In this document: positions 27,642-37,843 of the stretch, piece after piece
How the letters are laid out: every line of letters begins with the position of its first letter
How positions within the stretch are numbered: the first letter of the stretch is position 1
From: an uncultured Candidatus Saccharibacteria bacterium
GTDB taxonomy: Bacteria > Patescibacteriota > Minisyncoccia > Phycocordibacterales > UBA2100
Direction of reading: 5' to 3'
Assembly: GCA_964362175.1 (NCBI GenBank)
Contig: CAYIDD010000001.1
Coordinates: 569 to 64,568 of the forward strand
DNA length: 64,000 bases
The notes under the pieces: model-generated
What the model was told of the DNA's origin: nothing
The model's database searches: none
The model's input: the letters and a program-made list of their open reading frames with translations, nothing else
Translations under genes and position numbers: made by a program

Positions 27642-28202
27642 TTAGAAGCTCACCTTGACGGGATTGCGCGCGGCCTCCTCCCCTTCCGCAAGCTGGAAGA
27701 ACTCGCGCGTCTTGAAGCCGAACGTGGAGCCGATGATGTTCGAGGGGAATTGCTCTATTGCGTTTTGGAGCTCTTGCACCACAGAGTTGTAGAAGCGACG
27801 TGCTGCCTGTATCTTGTTCTCGGTATCAGAAAGCTCACGCTGAAGCTCGACGAAATTGGTATTTGCCTTCAGGTCCGGATACGCCTCGGAAACCGCGAAG
27901 AGCGATTTCAAGGCGCCCGTCAGCATGTTCTCGGCGGCCGCATGTTCCCCCACCGTCTGAGCACTCATCGCCTTCGTGCGCGCCTCCGTCACTTTCTGGA
28001 GCGTCCCCGCTTCGTGTGAAGCATAACCTTTCACGGTCTCAACGAGATTCGGAATAAGGTCGTACCGACGTTTCATCTGTACATCGATATCGGACCACGC
28101 TTCCTCTGTGCGATTCGTGAGCTGGACGAAACGATTGTAAGCCCACACCGCCCACACAACGACAGCCGCCGCAACGCCAAGAATGATGTAAGAAATATCC
28201 AT
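27642..28202 (-). CDS. lemA: LemA family protein
   Basis: RRYDLIPNLVETVKGY, EAYPDLKAN, ARRFYN. Confidence 0.95.
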   Translation of the reverse strand: MDISYIILGVAAAVVVWAVWAYNRFVQLTNRTEEAWSDIDVQMKRRYDLIPNLVETVKGYASHEAGTLQKVTEARTKAMSAQTVGEHAAAENMLTGALKSLFAVSEAYPDLKANTNFVELQRELSDTENKIQAARRFYNSVVQELQNAIEQFPSNIIGSTFGFKTREFFQLAEGEEAARNPVKVSF

Positions 28203-28217
28203 ACGGCCATTATACCA

Positions 28218-31200
28218 CTACTGTATCTCCTTACGCAAAAGCTGGAGCAGCTGCAGATTTTGCGCTGCCGACCCCCTGTAGTTTGTGATGCCATAACTCG
28301 CTGCCAGTTGGGCACGACTGGCATAATCACTTGGCTGCCCTGCGGCCTTGAGGAAGTTGATGATCGAGTCGCCTTTGTAATTCTGCGCCGTGGCGTACAG
28401 ATTTTCTGCGGTAGGTTGAGAGTACGGAAGCGGTACGGGAAGACCTTTGGTCTGCAACGCATCCAGCATCTGAATGTTACATGTCGCAGTCCCGACACTG
28501 CACGTGAGCCCCATTTCCTGAGCGAGTTTCCTGCGCGAACTGAGGTCGGAAGACAGGCCATTTTCCTCAAGACAATTGACGATGGAGGAATTTGAGCACG
28601 ACACCTGAAATGGCGACTTCGTCGAAGGCTCAACGACTTGCCCTCCAACTCCCGATTCCCCCGCGTCAGAACTCGGGATTGTATTGGGTTCAACCGATAC
28701 TGGCTCACCGCTCGCAAGCCTGAAGCCGGAGTCTGGAAGATCAGATTTAGATTCAGCGACGACTTCCCTGAAAATTTCTTCCCAATCGGTCTCGGCCGCC
28801 GGACCCGGCATGGGCAGACGCGCGTCAAGTTCGGCATCAGTGGGTGCCGACGCAACAATGGGGGCGTTTCCTGCTGACGCGCCAAAGCCGAAAAATTCCT
28901 TGGTTCCCTCCCAGATCTCCAGAGCATATTCCCGCCAACCCTTGTTTGTCTCCGGGGCGATGGCCGTAGTCGGTGAATCACGAACTACAGAATCTGCCAC
29001 CTCCTGCGCAGCCTCACTTGAGACAGGCTCCGTGGACTCAGGTCCACCGATGGCCGCAAAACCTGGCACGACTTCGCCCCACACGGTGTGCGGAATTGGG
29101 GCTCCCGTCTCCAGATGGGCGACAAGCTCAGGGACCGGCAGAGGATACGAAGCCGAGACATACGACGTAAAACCTTCGAGACCTCCCAAACTTTGGGAAG
29201 AAAGATTCGGGGGAACAGGCGCGGAAGCGGTGAGGGTCGCCTCGGTCCCACGTAATGTGTTGATCGACTGCGCGAGAACAGAGATCTCCGTTCCCAGCCG
29301 CGCGTAGTTACTCTGCAGACCAGGAAGCGAATTCACGCTTGGGTCTGTCGTACCGAGAACCTTGGCGGATGCTAAAAGCGTGTTGCCCGCCTGTATCGCA
29401 TCGTTCGCTGCCGATAAACTTCGAACGGAGGCAAGATGATCGAGCTTTGCAACATAGCCGTTAATGCTATTCGCGAGATCGGTTTCTCCCATTTGCCGAG
29501 CGAGTCCTGCCAGGCTTTTGGCCGCATTCCTACCCTCAACCATCGTCGCCACGCCTTTCTCGTCTGGTATTTGTAGTTTGCGCAATTCCGCAAGACCTGC
29601 CTGCGCTTTTGCGAGGAGAGTTCTGGCCTGTGCTGAGTTATTTTTCAATTTCTGAAGTTCTGCTATTTGTTTCTTCAGAGCATCTCTTTTAATCTCGATT
29701 TCCTGCTTCGCTTTTTCCGCATCAGCCAACTGGCCTCTCGTCTCTTCGAGTTCCTGCTGTCGATTCGCGTCTTCAACTTCCCCGGACTCTGCGGTTTTGG
29801 TGTCAGCTGCCGTACCCTCGTCGGATCCCCCAAGTTTCGCAAGCTGTTCTTGCCTAAGCCGCTCTTCCTGCGCCACCACCTCGGCTTTTGCCGCTGCCTG
29901 ATCGAACGGCTCGGCTGGAGGCGGCATCGGAATTCGCGCTTCAAGTTCGGTATCGGAGGGTGTCGGTTGCTCGGTCTGCACCTGCTGGGTCTCGGGGTTG
30001 GCGTCGGTCAAAGAACTGGTATTTAGATTCGACGCGTATTGGCGGAGAGCCTCATTGTCATCGCTCTTGTTCGTCCATACTGATGGTGCTTCTTCCAGAG
30101 GCGCGCTTGGTTGTTCCCCGCCTGTTCCGAGAGATTTACCGATATCTTGGAGCCACTTGCGCACGGTGCCCAATACCTGCCCCGTCTTGTCCGCAAAGGA
30201 TTCAGCGAATGTCTTTTCGGAAGTAGCCGGTGGTTGTTCGGGGATCGGCGTAACGTCGGGACCAGTTTCAGCGGGGCTCTCTGTGGTCGGGAGTTGCGAG
30301 GGACCCTGCGCGACCGGAGATGATATTGTTCCCGGTTGGTCTGGCGCGACCACCGATGATCCATTTGCCAACCGGAAACTTTCCGTTTGCGCTTTTTGTA
30401 TGGCATCCCCGAGGGAATCTTGCGCAGATTCGGGTGGAACATACACCGCACGACCATTGGAATCGTAGAGTGTCAAACCACCGTCCCGATCGATCTGAAA
30501 TCGCTCGGAGTCTCCGATCTTCCCCGATGTACTCTTCAAGTCCGATACGGATTGGTCGAGTGGTAGTGGCTGGTCGGACGGAAGCTGCCGGAAACCGATG
30601 ATGTCACTTGTGGGAACGCTCGGTTGAGCGGCAAGTTCGATCGGCGGAGTGTCGGGTGGGGATGTCTCGCCGTATCCAAAGAGAGATTTGATGGAATTAA
30701 TTCCCGACTCCACTCCCGATGTGACAGCCGACTTTGCGATGTCCCACGCCACCGCATACGGAGACGAAGACGGCGGAGGGGGGGCCGGAGGATTTGCCGC
30801 GCGTTCGGCGGCGGAAGCTTCATTCTGCATATCGAGCCGTACCTGCGTTTCTGCGATAGAACGCGCGATTTCCTGCCTGAACGCTGGTTCGGAGGCATAT
30901 TCCGGATTTTTCTCAAGGATTTTTTCATACACGCGCCGGTCGAATTCCGTCAACTTCTCGGTAAACGGCGGCGCTTCTCCAGACACATACACTTGAGAAA
31001 CGGGAGCTGGCTCCGCAGAGGTCACGGAAACGGGTTCGGCAGGCGGAGAGGCAGGTGCAGATGTGAGAACAAATCCCCCCGATCCGGCGGAGGAATCAGT
31101 AGGTTCTGCTGATCGGCTACCATTCGACGCGAGAGTGAACGAAGAATCCGCTCTTAACGACTGTGCTTGCGCCAAACCTTCACTCCACGCATTCCCGCGG

Positions 31201-32426
31201 GACACAAGTTCCACCTGCATTTGGCTCCGGTTCACCTCCTGGTAAGTGCCTAAGTTTTCGGCAATGGCTGGGGTAATATCGATCCCCTTTCCGCAGGATG
31301 GACAGTGGTCTCCAACTACTCCGTAGGTAGACAAACCGGTGTTGGGATTGGTAATCATTACGACATCGCCAAACCTCAATCCTGATGAGTTACCAGCCGC
31401 TATCACAGGTAGGTCTCGATCTATATAGTTACTGCGACTTCCAACGCGCGGCCCCTCTATTCCAGGTGAACAGCCAGGGTCCACAGCTACGCTGCAACCT
31501 CCAGGATAATATAGGGTCGCCCTCAGATTAGGTATGTTCCCCGCCTCGGCGTCGCCACCAAACTCTTTTGCCACTCTGCCCCACGTATTCGCGACAACTT
31601 GTTTTGTGGCCTCCCATGCCTTTGCGACTGAACAAAACCAGCCATCGCACGATTTCGTCTCCGCAGCATTTTGGTCGAATCCGGTGGAATCGGATGACAC
31701 ATTCTCTGTTTGCGGTTTTCCGAACGTATCGAGATTGCCGTAATAGTTCGGGTTTAGATTTCCCTCAGCATCGAACGGCTGGGCGGATGCGTTCCCCGGT
31801 GAAAACAATTGCCCCGTATCGTTACCCACCGTTTGTGTTGACGGCAAAGTATCGGTAAGAGATCCTCTCCCGTCATCGCCTGGCAAAATTCCCCACCGCT
31901 GCAACGTCGCCTCCCAAATACTCTTTCCCGGTCCGATCTCCGACGCGCTGTCAGCGCCCGTAAGAGCATCGAAAGCCCCCTTCAAGCGCTCGCTCCAGGT
32001 CAGCAATCGCTCAGGTTCCGGTGTTTCCGGAGACACACCAGCTTCGCTTACCAGCGGCTGTGACCCGTCTGAGAGTGTGGGTTTCGTCGCTTCGCTCACC
32101 TGTCTTCCCTCGCAGTCCGTAGTGGCCCTGCACTCACCGATCGCTTTACACTCCCCCTCTATCTCCTTTCTGGGACATGATGTCGTGTCCTTGCATACAC
32201 AGTCCTTACCGCCTATCGCAATAACATTTCCGTCTTTGTCTTTCTTTATCTCGTCGCATTGGAGACTGTAATCAACAGGTTTCCCATTTTTTTCGGACGT
32301 GCAGCTTAAGTTTGCAGTGACGTTGGCATCCTGCGCATGTAAAGCGAGGGGTAAAAATAGAAGGACGAGAGAAGTCGTCGCAATTGCGAACATAGACGAA
32401 ACAACCGTGCGAGTGCGGCACGTCAT
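28218..32426 (-). CDS. Very large secreted protein: Cys-rich N-domain, DPBB/3D-like domain, coiled coil, two C-terminal DUF3597-like repeats
   Basis: Signal peptide ending LHA; ATLY..IAA..FGDVVMITNP..VVGDHCPSC..IDIT; SDLSSRRKLA and SDYASRAQLA..NYRGSAAQNLQLL. Confidence 0.75.
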   Translation of the reverse strand: MTCRTRTVVSSMFAIATTSLVLLFLPLALHAQDANVTANLSCTSEKNGKPVDYSLQCDEIKKDKDGNVIAIGGKDCVCKDTTSCPRKEIEGECKAIGECRATTDCEGRQVSEATKPTLSDGSQPLVSEAGVSPETPEPERLLTWSERLKGAFDALTGADSASEIGPGKSIWEATLQRWGILPGDDGRGSLTDTLPSTQTVGNDTGQLFSPGNASAQPFDAEGNLNPNYYGNLDTFGKPQTENVSSDSTGFDQNAAETKSCDGWFCSVAKAWEATKQVVANTWGRVAKEFGGDAEAGNIPNLRATLYYPGGCSVAVDPGCSPGIEGPRVGSRSNYIDRDLPVIAAGNSSGLRFGDVVMITNPNTGLSTYGVVGDHCPSCGKGIDITPAIAENLGTYQEVNRSQMQVELVSRGNAWSEGLAQAQSLRADSSFTLASNGSRSAEPTDSSAGSGGFVLTSAPASPPAEPVSVTSAEPAPVSQVYVSGEAPPFTEKLTEFDRRVYEKILEKNPEYASEPAFRQEIARSIAETQVRLDMQNEASAAERAANPPAPPPPSSSPYAVAWDIAKSAVTSGVESGINSIKSLFGYGETSPPDTPPIELAAQPSVPTSDIIGFRQLPSDQPLPLDQSVSDLKSTSGKIGDSERFQIDRDGGLTLYDSNGRAVYVPPESAQDSLGDAIQKAQTESFRLANGSSVVAPDQPGTISSPVAQGPSQLPTTESPAETGPDVTPIPEQPPATSEKTFAESFADKTGQVLGTVRKWLQDIGKSLGTGGEQPSAPLEEAPSVWTNKSDDNEALRQYASNLNTSSLTDANPETQQVQTEQPTPSDTELEARIPMPPPAEPFDQAAAKAEVVAQEERLRQEQLAKLGGSDEGTAADTKTAESGEVEDANRQQELEETRGQLADAEKAKQEIEIKRDALKKQIAELQKLKNNSAQARTLLAKAQAGLAELRKLQIPDEKGVATMVEGRNAAKSLAGLARQMGETDLANSINGYVAKLDHLASVRSLSAANDAIQAGNTLLASAKVLGTTDPSVNSLPGLQSNYARLGTEISVLAQSINTLRGTEATLTASAPVPPNLSSQSLGGLEGFTSYVSASYPLPVPELVAHLETGAPIPHTVWGEVVPGFAAIGGPESTEPVSSEAAQEVADSVVRDSPTTAIAPETNKGWREYALEIWEGTKEFFGFGASAGNAPIVASAPTDAELDARLPMPGPAAETDWEEIFREVVAESKSDLPDSGFRLASGEPVSVEPNTIPSSDAGESGVGGQVVEPSTKSPFQVSCSNSSIVNCLEENGLSSDLSSRRKLAQEMGLTCSVGTATCNIQMLDALQTKGLPVPLPYSQPTAENLYATAQNYKGDSIINFLKAAGQPSDYASRAQLAASYGITNYRGSAAQNLQLLQLLRKEIQ

Positions 32427-32501
32427 GTGTCCTTTCATTTTAGCAAGAAAATACCGAGCATCGGGTGCCAGACCGACAAACTCTGGGGAGAAAAGTGATG
32501 C

Positions 32502-33404
32502 TTACGGATTGAGTCTCATCAGACTCTTCAACCAATCCCACATGCCCGGGGAACCAGCGTCTTTGTTCGCGGATTCTTTTGGTGCACCGAACGTATTGAG
32601 GTCGGGACTTGTGTAGTACAGCGGCGCACCGTCATTTGCTCGTGTACTTGTAGCACTCTGGCTGCCTTGCCTCGATGCACCTTGAGATGAATTGCCGCCG
32701 AGTGTCGTAATGGCCGTCCGAACAGCTCCCGATACAACGCTGCCCACCGTATTTGCGACCGCACTCGTTGCCTCTTGAACAACACGTGTTATCGCGCTCC
32801 AGCTAAATCGACTTGCCGTTGTGGCTGCACTCGTGGCGGCTGAAACACCCGTCGTCGTGCCGGGGAGTTCTCCGGAAAGAAATGGATTTGCCGAATTCGG
32901 ACACGGCTGGCCATTGGCATCGTATGTGGTGGAACTCGCACTCCCCGAGGGGCGGGTCATGCCAAAAACATTGCCCAGACCCGTGCCAAGCGCGGTGCAG
33001 GGATTTTGAGGTGGCCGATCTTTCTCTGGTTCGCCTTTTGGCGGCTCGGGCATCTTCGGCAATTCAGGCATCTTGCCATCCCCGCCAGGAGGCTGACCTT
33101 TGCAAATGTTTACGGCTTGACACTTTCCCGGCGTCACGTGTCCTTGTGTTTCGTCATTGCACGGGCAATCCTTTCCTCCGGGAAGCTTCTTTGCCGGACA
33201 TTTCTCTTTTGGTGTCCCACACGGACAGGTGTAGTCCTTATCAGGCGTGCATTTGAGATCAGCCTCGTTCCCGAGCGCAAGCTGGTTCATGCGGGAAGTC
33301 ACGGTGGTCGCGGCAGCGACGGAGATCGAGAAGACAACGAGCGCAAGGAGGAGATGCGTTGTTTTGAAAGCGAATACGCGCCTTCTGCGCTTGACAGCAC
33401 TCAT
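32502..33404 (-). CDS. Membrane-anchored or secreted Cys-rich, Pro/Ser/Thr-rich protein
   Basis: N-terminal hydrophobic helix, 8-Cys cluster, low-complexity tail. Confidence 0.75.
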   Translation of the reverse strand: MSAVKRRRRVFAFKTTHLLLALVVFSISVAAATTVTSRMNQLALGNEADLKCTPDKDYTCPCGTPKEKCPAKKLPGGKDCPCNDETQGHVTPGKCQAVNICKGQPPGGDGKMPELPKMPEPPKGEPEKDRPPQNPCTALGTGLGNVFGMTRPSGSASSTTYDANGQPCPNSANPFLSGELPGTTTGVSAATSAATTASRFSWSAITRVVQEATSAVANTVGSVVSGAVRTAITTLGGNSSQGASRQGSQSATSTRANDGAPLYYTSPDLNTFGAPKESANKDAGSPGMWDWLKSLMRLNP

Positions 33405-33458
33405 GGAAAAAGTCTAGCACGCATACGGCACGTGGAGAGCAGTACGGTGAATAACGCA

Positions 33459-33489
33459 AAGAGCCGCCGCGTCAGACGCGGCGGCTCTT
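33459..33489 (-). terminator. groEL terminator
   Basis: AAGAGCCGCCGCGTC/GACGCGGCGGCTCTT hairpin followed by T's on the minus strand. Confidence 0.75.
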
Positions 33490-33510
33490 ACGAACCAAAC
33501 ACTACCTAAC

Positions 33511-35169
33511 TTAGTAGTCCTCTCCGCCCATTCCTCCGCCCATGCCGCCACCTGCCGGAGCTGCTTTTTTGTCCTCGGGAATATCCGCGACGGCCGCTTC
33601 CGTCGTGAGCAGGACCGCGGCCGCTGAAGCAGAATTTTCCACGCAACTACGGGTCACTTTGACCGGATCAAGGATGCCCGCTTCGTACATGTCGACGATG
33701 GAGGCCTCCTCCGATTCCGCCGAGGCGTCGAATCCGAAACTACCGCCCCGCTTCACCACTTCCTGTAATATCACCGCACCATCCTCGCGTCCCGCATTTT
33801 TTACGATCTGCAAAAGCGGAGCCGAAAGTGCCGAAACAAGAATGCGGTAGCCTACCGTGTGCTCGTCGTGAGCGTTGGTATTGATTTTCTTTGCGAGCTT
33901 GGCGGCGACCTTCGCGAGCGCCGCACCACCGCCCGGAACGATACCCTCGGCAATTGCGGCCTTGGTGGCGTTGACCGCATCCTCGATCTTATCTTTGAGG
34001 TATTTCATCTCTGTTTCCGTCGCGGCCCCAACCCGAATGACCGCAACGCCGCCGGAGAGCTTTGCGATGCGCTCTTCGAGTTTCTCCCGATCGAATTTCG
34101 AATCACTCTTTTCTGCCTGTGAACGCAATTGACCGATACGCTCCTGAATGTCCGATTTCTTACCCTTGCCGCCCACGATGACGGTGGAGTCTTTTGTCGC
34201 AACCACGCGATTCGCGCGGCCGAGCATGCTCAATTCCGCCGTCTCAAGCTTGATGCCGAGATCCTCGGAAATGACGGTGCCGCCGACGGTGATGGCGATA
34301 TCCGCGAGCATTTCTTTCTTGCGATCGCCATAGCCCGGAGCTTTCACCGCGAGCACGTTGAAAGCGCCGCGTAATTTGTTGACGATGAGTGTCGCAAGCG
34401 CCTCGCCATCGACATCGTCCGCAATGATGACGAGCTCCTTCTTTCCGGATTGCGCGACCTTCTCGAGGAGCGGGAGGACATCCTTTATGGTCGAGATCTT
34501 CCTATCCGTTACGAGGACCGGCACATCTTTTGCCTCGGCCTCCATGCGCTCAGCGTTCGTGATGAGGTATGCGGAGACGTAACCCTTGTCGAACTCCATT
34601 CCCTCGACAAATTCGGACTCAATGCCGATCGACTGTGACTCTTCGACGGTGACGACCCCATCCTTGCCCACCTTCTCCACAATGTCGGCGATGGTCTTCC
34701 CCAGTTCTGCCGATTCAGCTGAGATGGTCGCGACCTGTCGGATGTCAGTTTTGCCTTTCACCTCCCGGGCCAGTTTTTTCAACTCCTCGACTGCGTCCTT
34801 CGCCGCAGCTTCGATTCCGCGGCGCACCATCATGGCATTCGCTCCGAGCGTCGTGCGCTTCAACCCCTCATGGATGATCGCTTGCGTCAGAACGACCGCA
34901 GTCGTAGTGCCATCTCCCGCCTTGTCATTCGTCTTTGTCGCCACTTCTTTCACGATCGAAGCGCCCATATCTTCGAATTTGTCGGCGAGCGATATCTCTT
35001 TCGCGATCGAGACTCCGTCGTTGGTGATCGTCGGACCTCCCCACGATTTTGAGAGGGCCACATTGCGGCCCTTTGGCCCGAGCGTCACCTTCACGGCGCC
35101 TGCCACGACATCGACGCCGCGTTTGAGCGCGGATCGTACCTGTTCATCAAAAATTACTTGTTTTGCCAT
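33511..35169 (-). CDS. groL: Chaperonin GroEL
   Basis: VTLGPKGRNV, GDGTTTA, GGM tail; start MAKQVIFD. Confidence 0.98.
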   Translation of the reverse strand: MAKQVIFDEQVRSALKRGVDVVAGAVKVTLGPKGRNVALSKSWGGPTITNDGVSIAKEISLADKFEDMGASIVKEVATKTNDKAGDGTTTAVVLTQAIIHEGLKRTTLGANAMMVRRGIEAAAKDAVEELKKLAREVKGKTDIRQVATISAESAELGKTIADIVEKVGKDGVVTVEESQSIGIESEFVEGMEFDKGYVSAYLITNAERMEAEAKDVPVLVTDRKISTIKDVLPLLEKVAQSGKKELVIIADDVDGEALATLIVNKLRGAFNVLAVKAPGYGDRKKEMLADIAITVGGTVISEDLGIKLETAELSMLGRANRVVATKDSTVIVGGKGKKSDIQERIGQLRSQAEKSDSKFDREKLEERIAKLSGGVAVIRVGAATETEMKYLKDKIEDAVNATKAAIAEGIVPGGGAALAKVAAKLAKKINTNAHDEHTVGYRILVSALSAPLLQIVKNAGREDGAVILQEVVKRGGSFGFDASAESEEASIVDMYEAGILDPVKVTRSCVENSASAAAVLLTTEAAVADIPEDKKAAPAGGGMGGGMGGEDY

Positions 35170-35249
35170 AGTTTTTCTTAACGAGTGATAATGAATTTTA
35201 GAAAAACGTGATCCTGTGAAATTACATGTTATTTCACCAGGACTGCTTT

Positions 35250-35573
35250 TCACTTAATGACTGCTAAAATATCCGATTCTTTCACGAGGAAGTACTCTCC
35301 TTCATCGCCCACGCTCACCTCGTTGTCCCAACCCGCGTTGAAGATTACCTTCGAACCTACCTTGACCGTCATCGGAATGAGGTCTCCCTCGTCGCCAAAG
35401 CGACCGGGTCCCACTGCGATCACGATGCCCATTTTCGACTTCTCTTTCTGTGCGGTGTCGGGGATGATAATGCCGGAAGGGGACTTTTCTCTGGCGACAT
35501 CCTGCCGTTCTACGAGCACTCGGTCGGCAAGCGGGCGGATGTTGTTCTTAAGATCTTTTCCCTCTTTTTTCAT
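35250..35573 (-). CDS. groS: Co-chaperonin GroES
   Basis: PLADRVLV, SGIIIPDTA, AVGPG, ESDILAV. Confidence 0.97.
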   Translation of the reverse strand: MKKEGKDLKNNIRPLADRVLVERQDVAREKSPSGIIIPDTAQKEKSKMGIVIAVGPGRFGDEGDLIPMTVKVGSKVIFNAGWDNEVSVGDEGEYFLVKESDILAVIK

Positions 35574-35732
35574 ATCTAAAAACTGTAAGGTTGATAATCA
35601 TTGGAAGTGCAGCATACGCTGCGACGGCGTCAATGTAAATGAGGGTGGCTATTTTCGTCAACTTGAATGCATGGCTTTAATATGGCGTAATCACGCTTGA
35701 TTGATTCTCCGACCTGTGCTAACATCCCTGCA

Positions 35733-35966
35733 ATGGTTTTGCTCCAGAACATGCTGCCGTACGTGCAGATAGGTTTGTCGGCCCTTCTCATTGTTACGAT
35801 ACTTTTGCAGCGCACGGGAGCGTCGCTCGGGGGTGCATTCGGAGCAGACAACTTCAGCTCCGGATTCCACACTCGCCGCGGTCTGGAAAAGACGCTCTTC
35901 CAGGCAACGATCGTCCTTGGTATACTGTTTGCGCTTTCTGCATTGGTGAATCTTGTTATCAGTTAA
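35733..35966 (+). CDS. secG: Preprotein translocase subunit SecG
   Basis: ILLQRTGASLGGAFG..TRRGLEK.L, two TM helices. Confidence 0.92.
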   Translation: MVLLQNMLPYVQIGLSALLIVTILLQRTGASLGGAFGADNFSSGFHTRRGLEKTLFQATIVLGILFALSALVNLVIS

Positions 35967-36029
35967 GACGCATTGGCAGCCCATCCGCCGGCTGGCGGAT
36001 CGCGGTTGACTCTGTGCGCTCCGCGCGCT

Positions 36030-37823
36030 ATGGATCTTGATTCCTATTCCGACACATTAACAAAGCCGCGTACCATCTCGCACCTCTCACAGCTTGAGGA
36101 TTTGCTTCGCGCACTTTCCCCCGGAGAGCGTCTTGTGCTCTACACATGCACGATCCTTCTTGGGGTCTCGGCGGTAGCGCTAATCATCGGACTGAACGCG
36201 ACGGCTTCGGTCAGCGTCCCTGCGCCGGGTGGTAGTTTTACCGAAGGTGAGATAGGCTCCGCGCGATTCATTAACCCGACACTTACACTTTCCCAACCCG
36301 ATGAAGATATTTCTGCGCTCGTGTATTCGGGTCTCATTCGCGTTCGACCGGACGGCGCGATACTCCCCGACCTCGCAAGTGACTACCGCATATCTCCCGA
36401 CGGCACGACGTACACGTTCACGATCCGCCCCGACGCGGTGTTCCACGATGGGAAGCCGGTAACCGCGGCAGACGTGCTCTTTACGATCGAAACGGTCCAA
36501 AATCCCGCCATCAAGAGCCCGCGACGATCCGACTGGGAGGGGGTCCACGCCTCCTCACCCGATCCACGCACAGTGGTATTTACACTCCCCCACACCTACG
36601 CCCCCTTCATTGAAAACGCGACGCTTGGTATTTTGCCGAAACACATCTGGCAGAATATATCGGCCGAAGAGTTCCCCTTCAGTCCCGCAAATACGCACCC
36701 CGTCGGAAGTGGCCCCTTCCGCGTCTCCCGCACGACGCTCGACGATACCGGAACGGCAGTGCGTTATGATCTCGCGCCTTTTACAAAATACGCGCTCGGC
36801 ACACCGTACCTGAAGCGCATTACGTTTATCTTTTATCCAAATCGGGAAGAGATGATCGCGGCATTCGAGGATCGCGAGATCGATGCGATGTCGGGGATCG
36901 CACCGGACGAACTTGCGCACCTGAAACGGAACGACTTCAGCGTTGCCCATGTCGCGCTGCCGCGCGTCTTTGGCGTCTTTTTCAATCAGAGCCACGCCCC
37001 TGTCCTCGCCGATGCGGCAGCGCGCCAGGCACTCGCTGCGGCAGTGGACCCAAAACAGATCATGGAAACGGTTCTGCAAGGATATGGCGCTGCGCTCAGG
37101 AGCGCAATACCGCCGGGCGTGACTGGCACGATAGTGCCCGCCGTTCCTGGAGAATTTCTCCCCCGCGCTTCCGGAAATGCCTCGACAACACCGGACGTTT
37201 CGCGTTTTGGTGCCGCTCGTGATATCCTCTCGCGCGGTGGATGGACATTCGATGAGGCGGCGGGCGTGTGGAAGAAAAAGAAGCTCGAACTCTCCTTCAC
37301 ACTCGCAACAGCGGATGAGCCGGAATTGGTCACGACCGCGAACGAAGTTGCAAAGTATTGGCGCGCGGCCGGCGTCAAAGTGACGATACAGGTGTATCCT
37401 CTTTCCGAATTAAATACAAACGTCATCCGGCCGCGCGCCTACGACGCCGTATTGTTCGGCGAGGTGGTGGGACGCACGGCGGACCTATTTGCGTTCTGGC
37501 ATTCATCGCAACGCAATGATCCGGGCCTGAACCTCGCCATGTACGCGAACTCCCGCGTTGATGTCCTGCTTGCCGAGGCGCGAGCGACGATCGACCGAAA
37601 ACGGAGGGAGAAGCTGTATGACCAGTTCAACGAAGAGATACGGAAAGATGCCCCCGCAGTATTTTTGTACGCTCCCGAATTCATCTATGTTGTCCCCAAA
37701 TTCCTGTTGGGCGTTGAGCTTGGGCCGCTCACGGCCCCGTCCGAGCGATACCTCAATGCGCACGAGTGGTACACGGATACAGAGCGCGTATGGAGTATAT
37801 TCACTAATAAAAGCAGTGATTAA
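36030..37823 (+). CDS. Peptide ABC transporter substrate-binding protein (family 5), N-terminal TM
   Basis: PDLA..S.DG.TYTFTIR..FHDGKPVTAADV.FT; PVGSGPF. Confidence 0.92.
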   Translation: MDLDSYSDTLTKPRTISHLSQLEDLLRALSPGERLVLYTCTILLGVSAVALIIGLNATASVSVPAPGGSFTEGEIGSARFINPTLTLSQPDEDISALVYSGLIRVRPDGAILPDLASDYRISPDGTTYTFTIRPDAVFHDGKPVTAADVLFTIETVQNPAIKSPRRSDWEGVHASSPDPRTVVFTLPHTYAPFIENATLGILPKHIWQNISAEEFPFSPANTHPVGSGPFRVSRTTLDDTGTAVRYDLAPFTKYALGTPYLKRITFIFYPNREEMIAAFEDREIDAMSGIAPDELAHLKRNDFSVAHVALPRVFGVFFNQSHAPVLADAAARQALAAAVDPKQIMETVLQGYGAALRSAIPPGVTGTIVPAVPGEFLPRASGNASTTPDVSRFGAARDILSRGGWTFDEAAGVWKKKKLELSFTLATADEPELVTTANEVAKYWRAAGVKVTIQVYPLSELNTNVIRPRAYDAVLFGEVVGRTADLFAFWHSSQRNDPGLNLAMYANSRVDVLLAEARATIDRKRREKLYDQFNEEIRKDAPAVFLYAPEFIYVVPKFLLGVELGPLTAPSERYLNAHEWYTDTERVWSIFTNKSSD

Positions 37824-37843
37824 TTAGTAATTTAGTATCTGAT

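Noticed and set aside
35574-35700. CIRCE upstream of groES
   Set aside because: No TTAGCACTC-N9-GAGTGCTAA-like inverted repeat found there.
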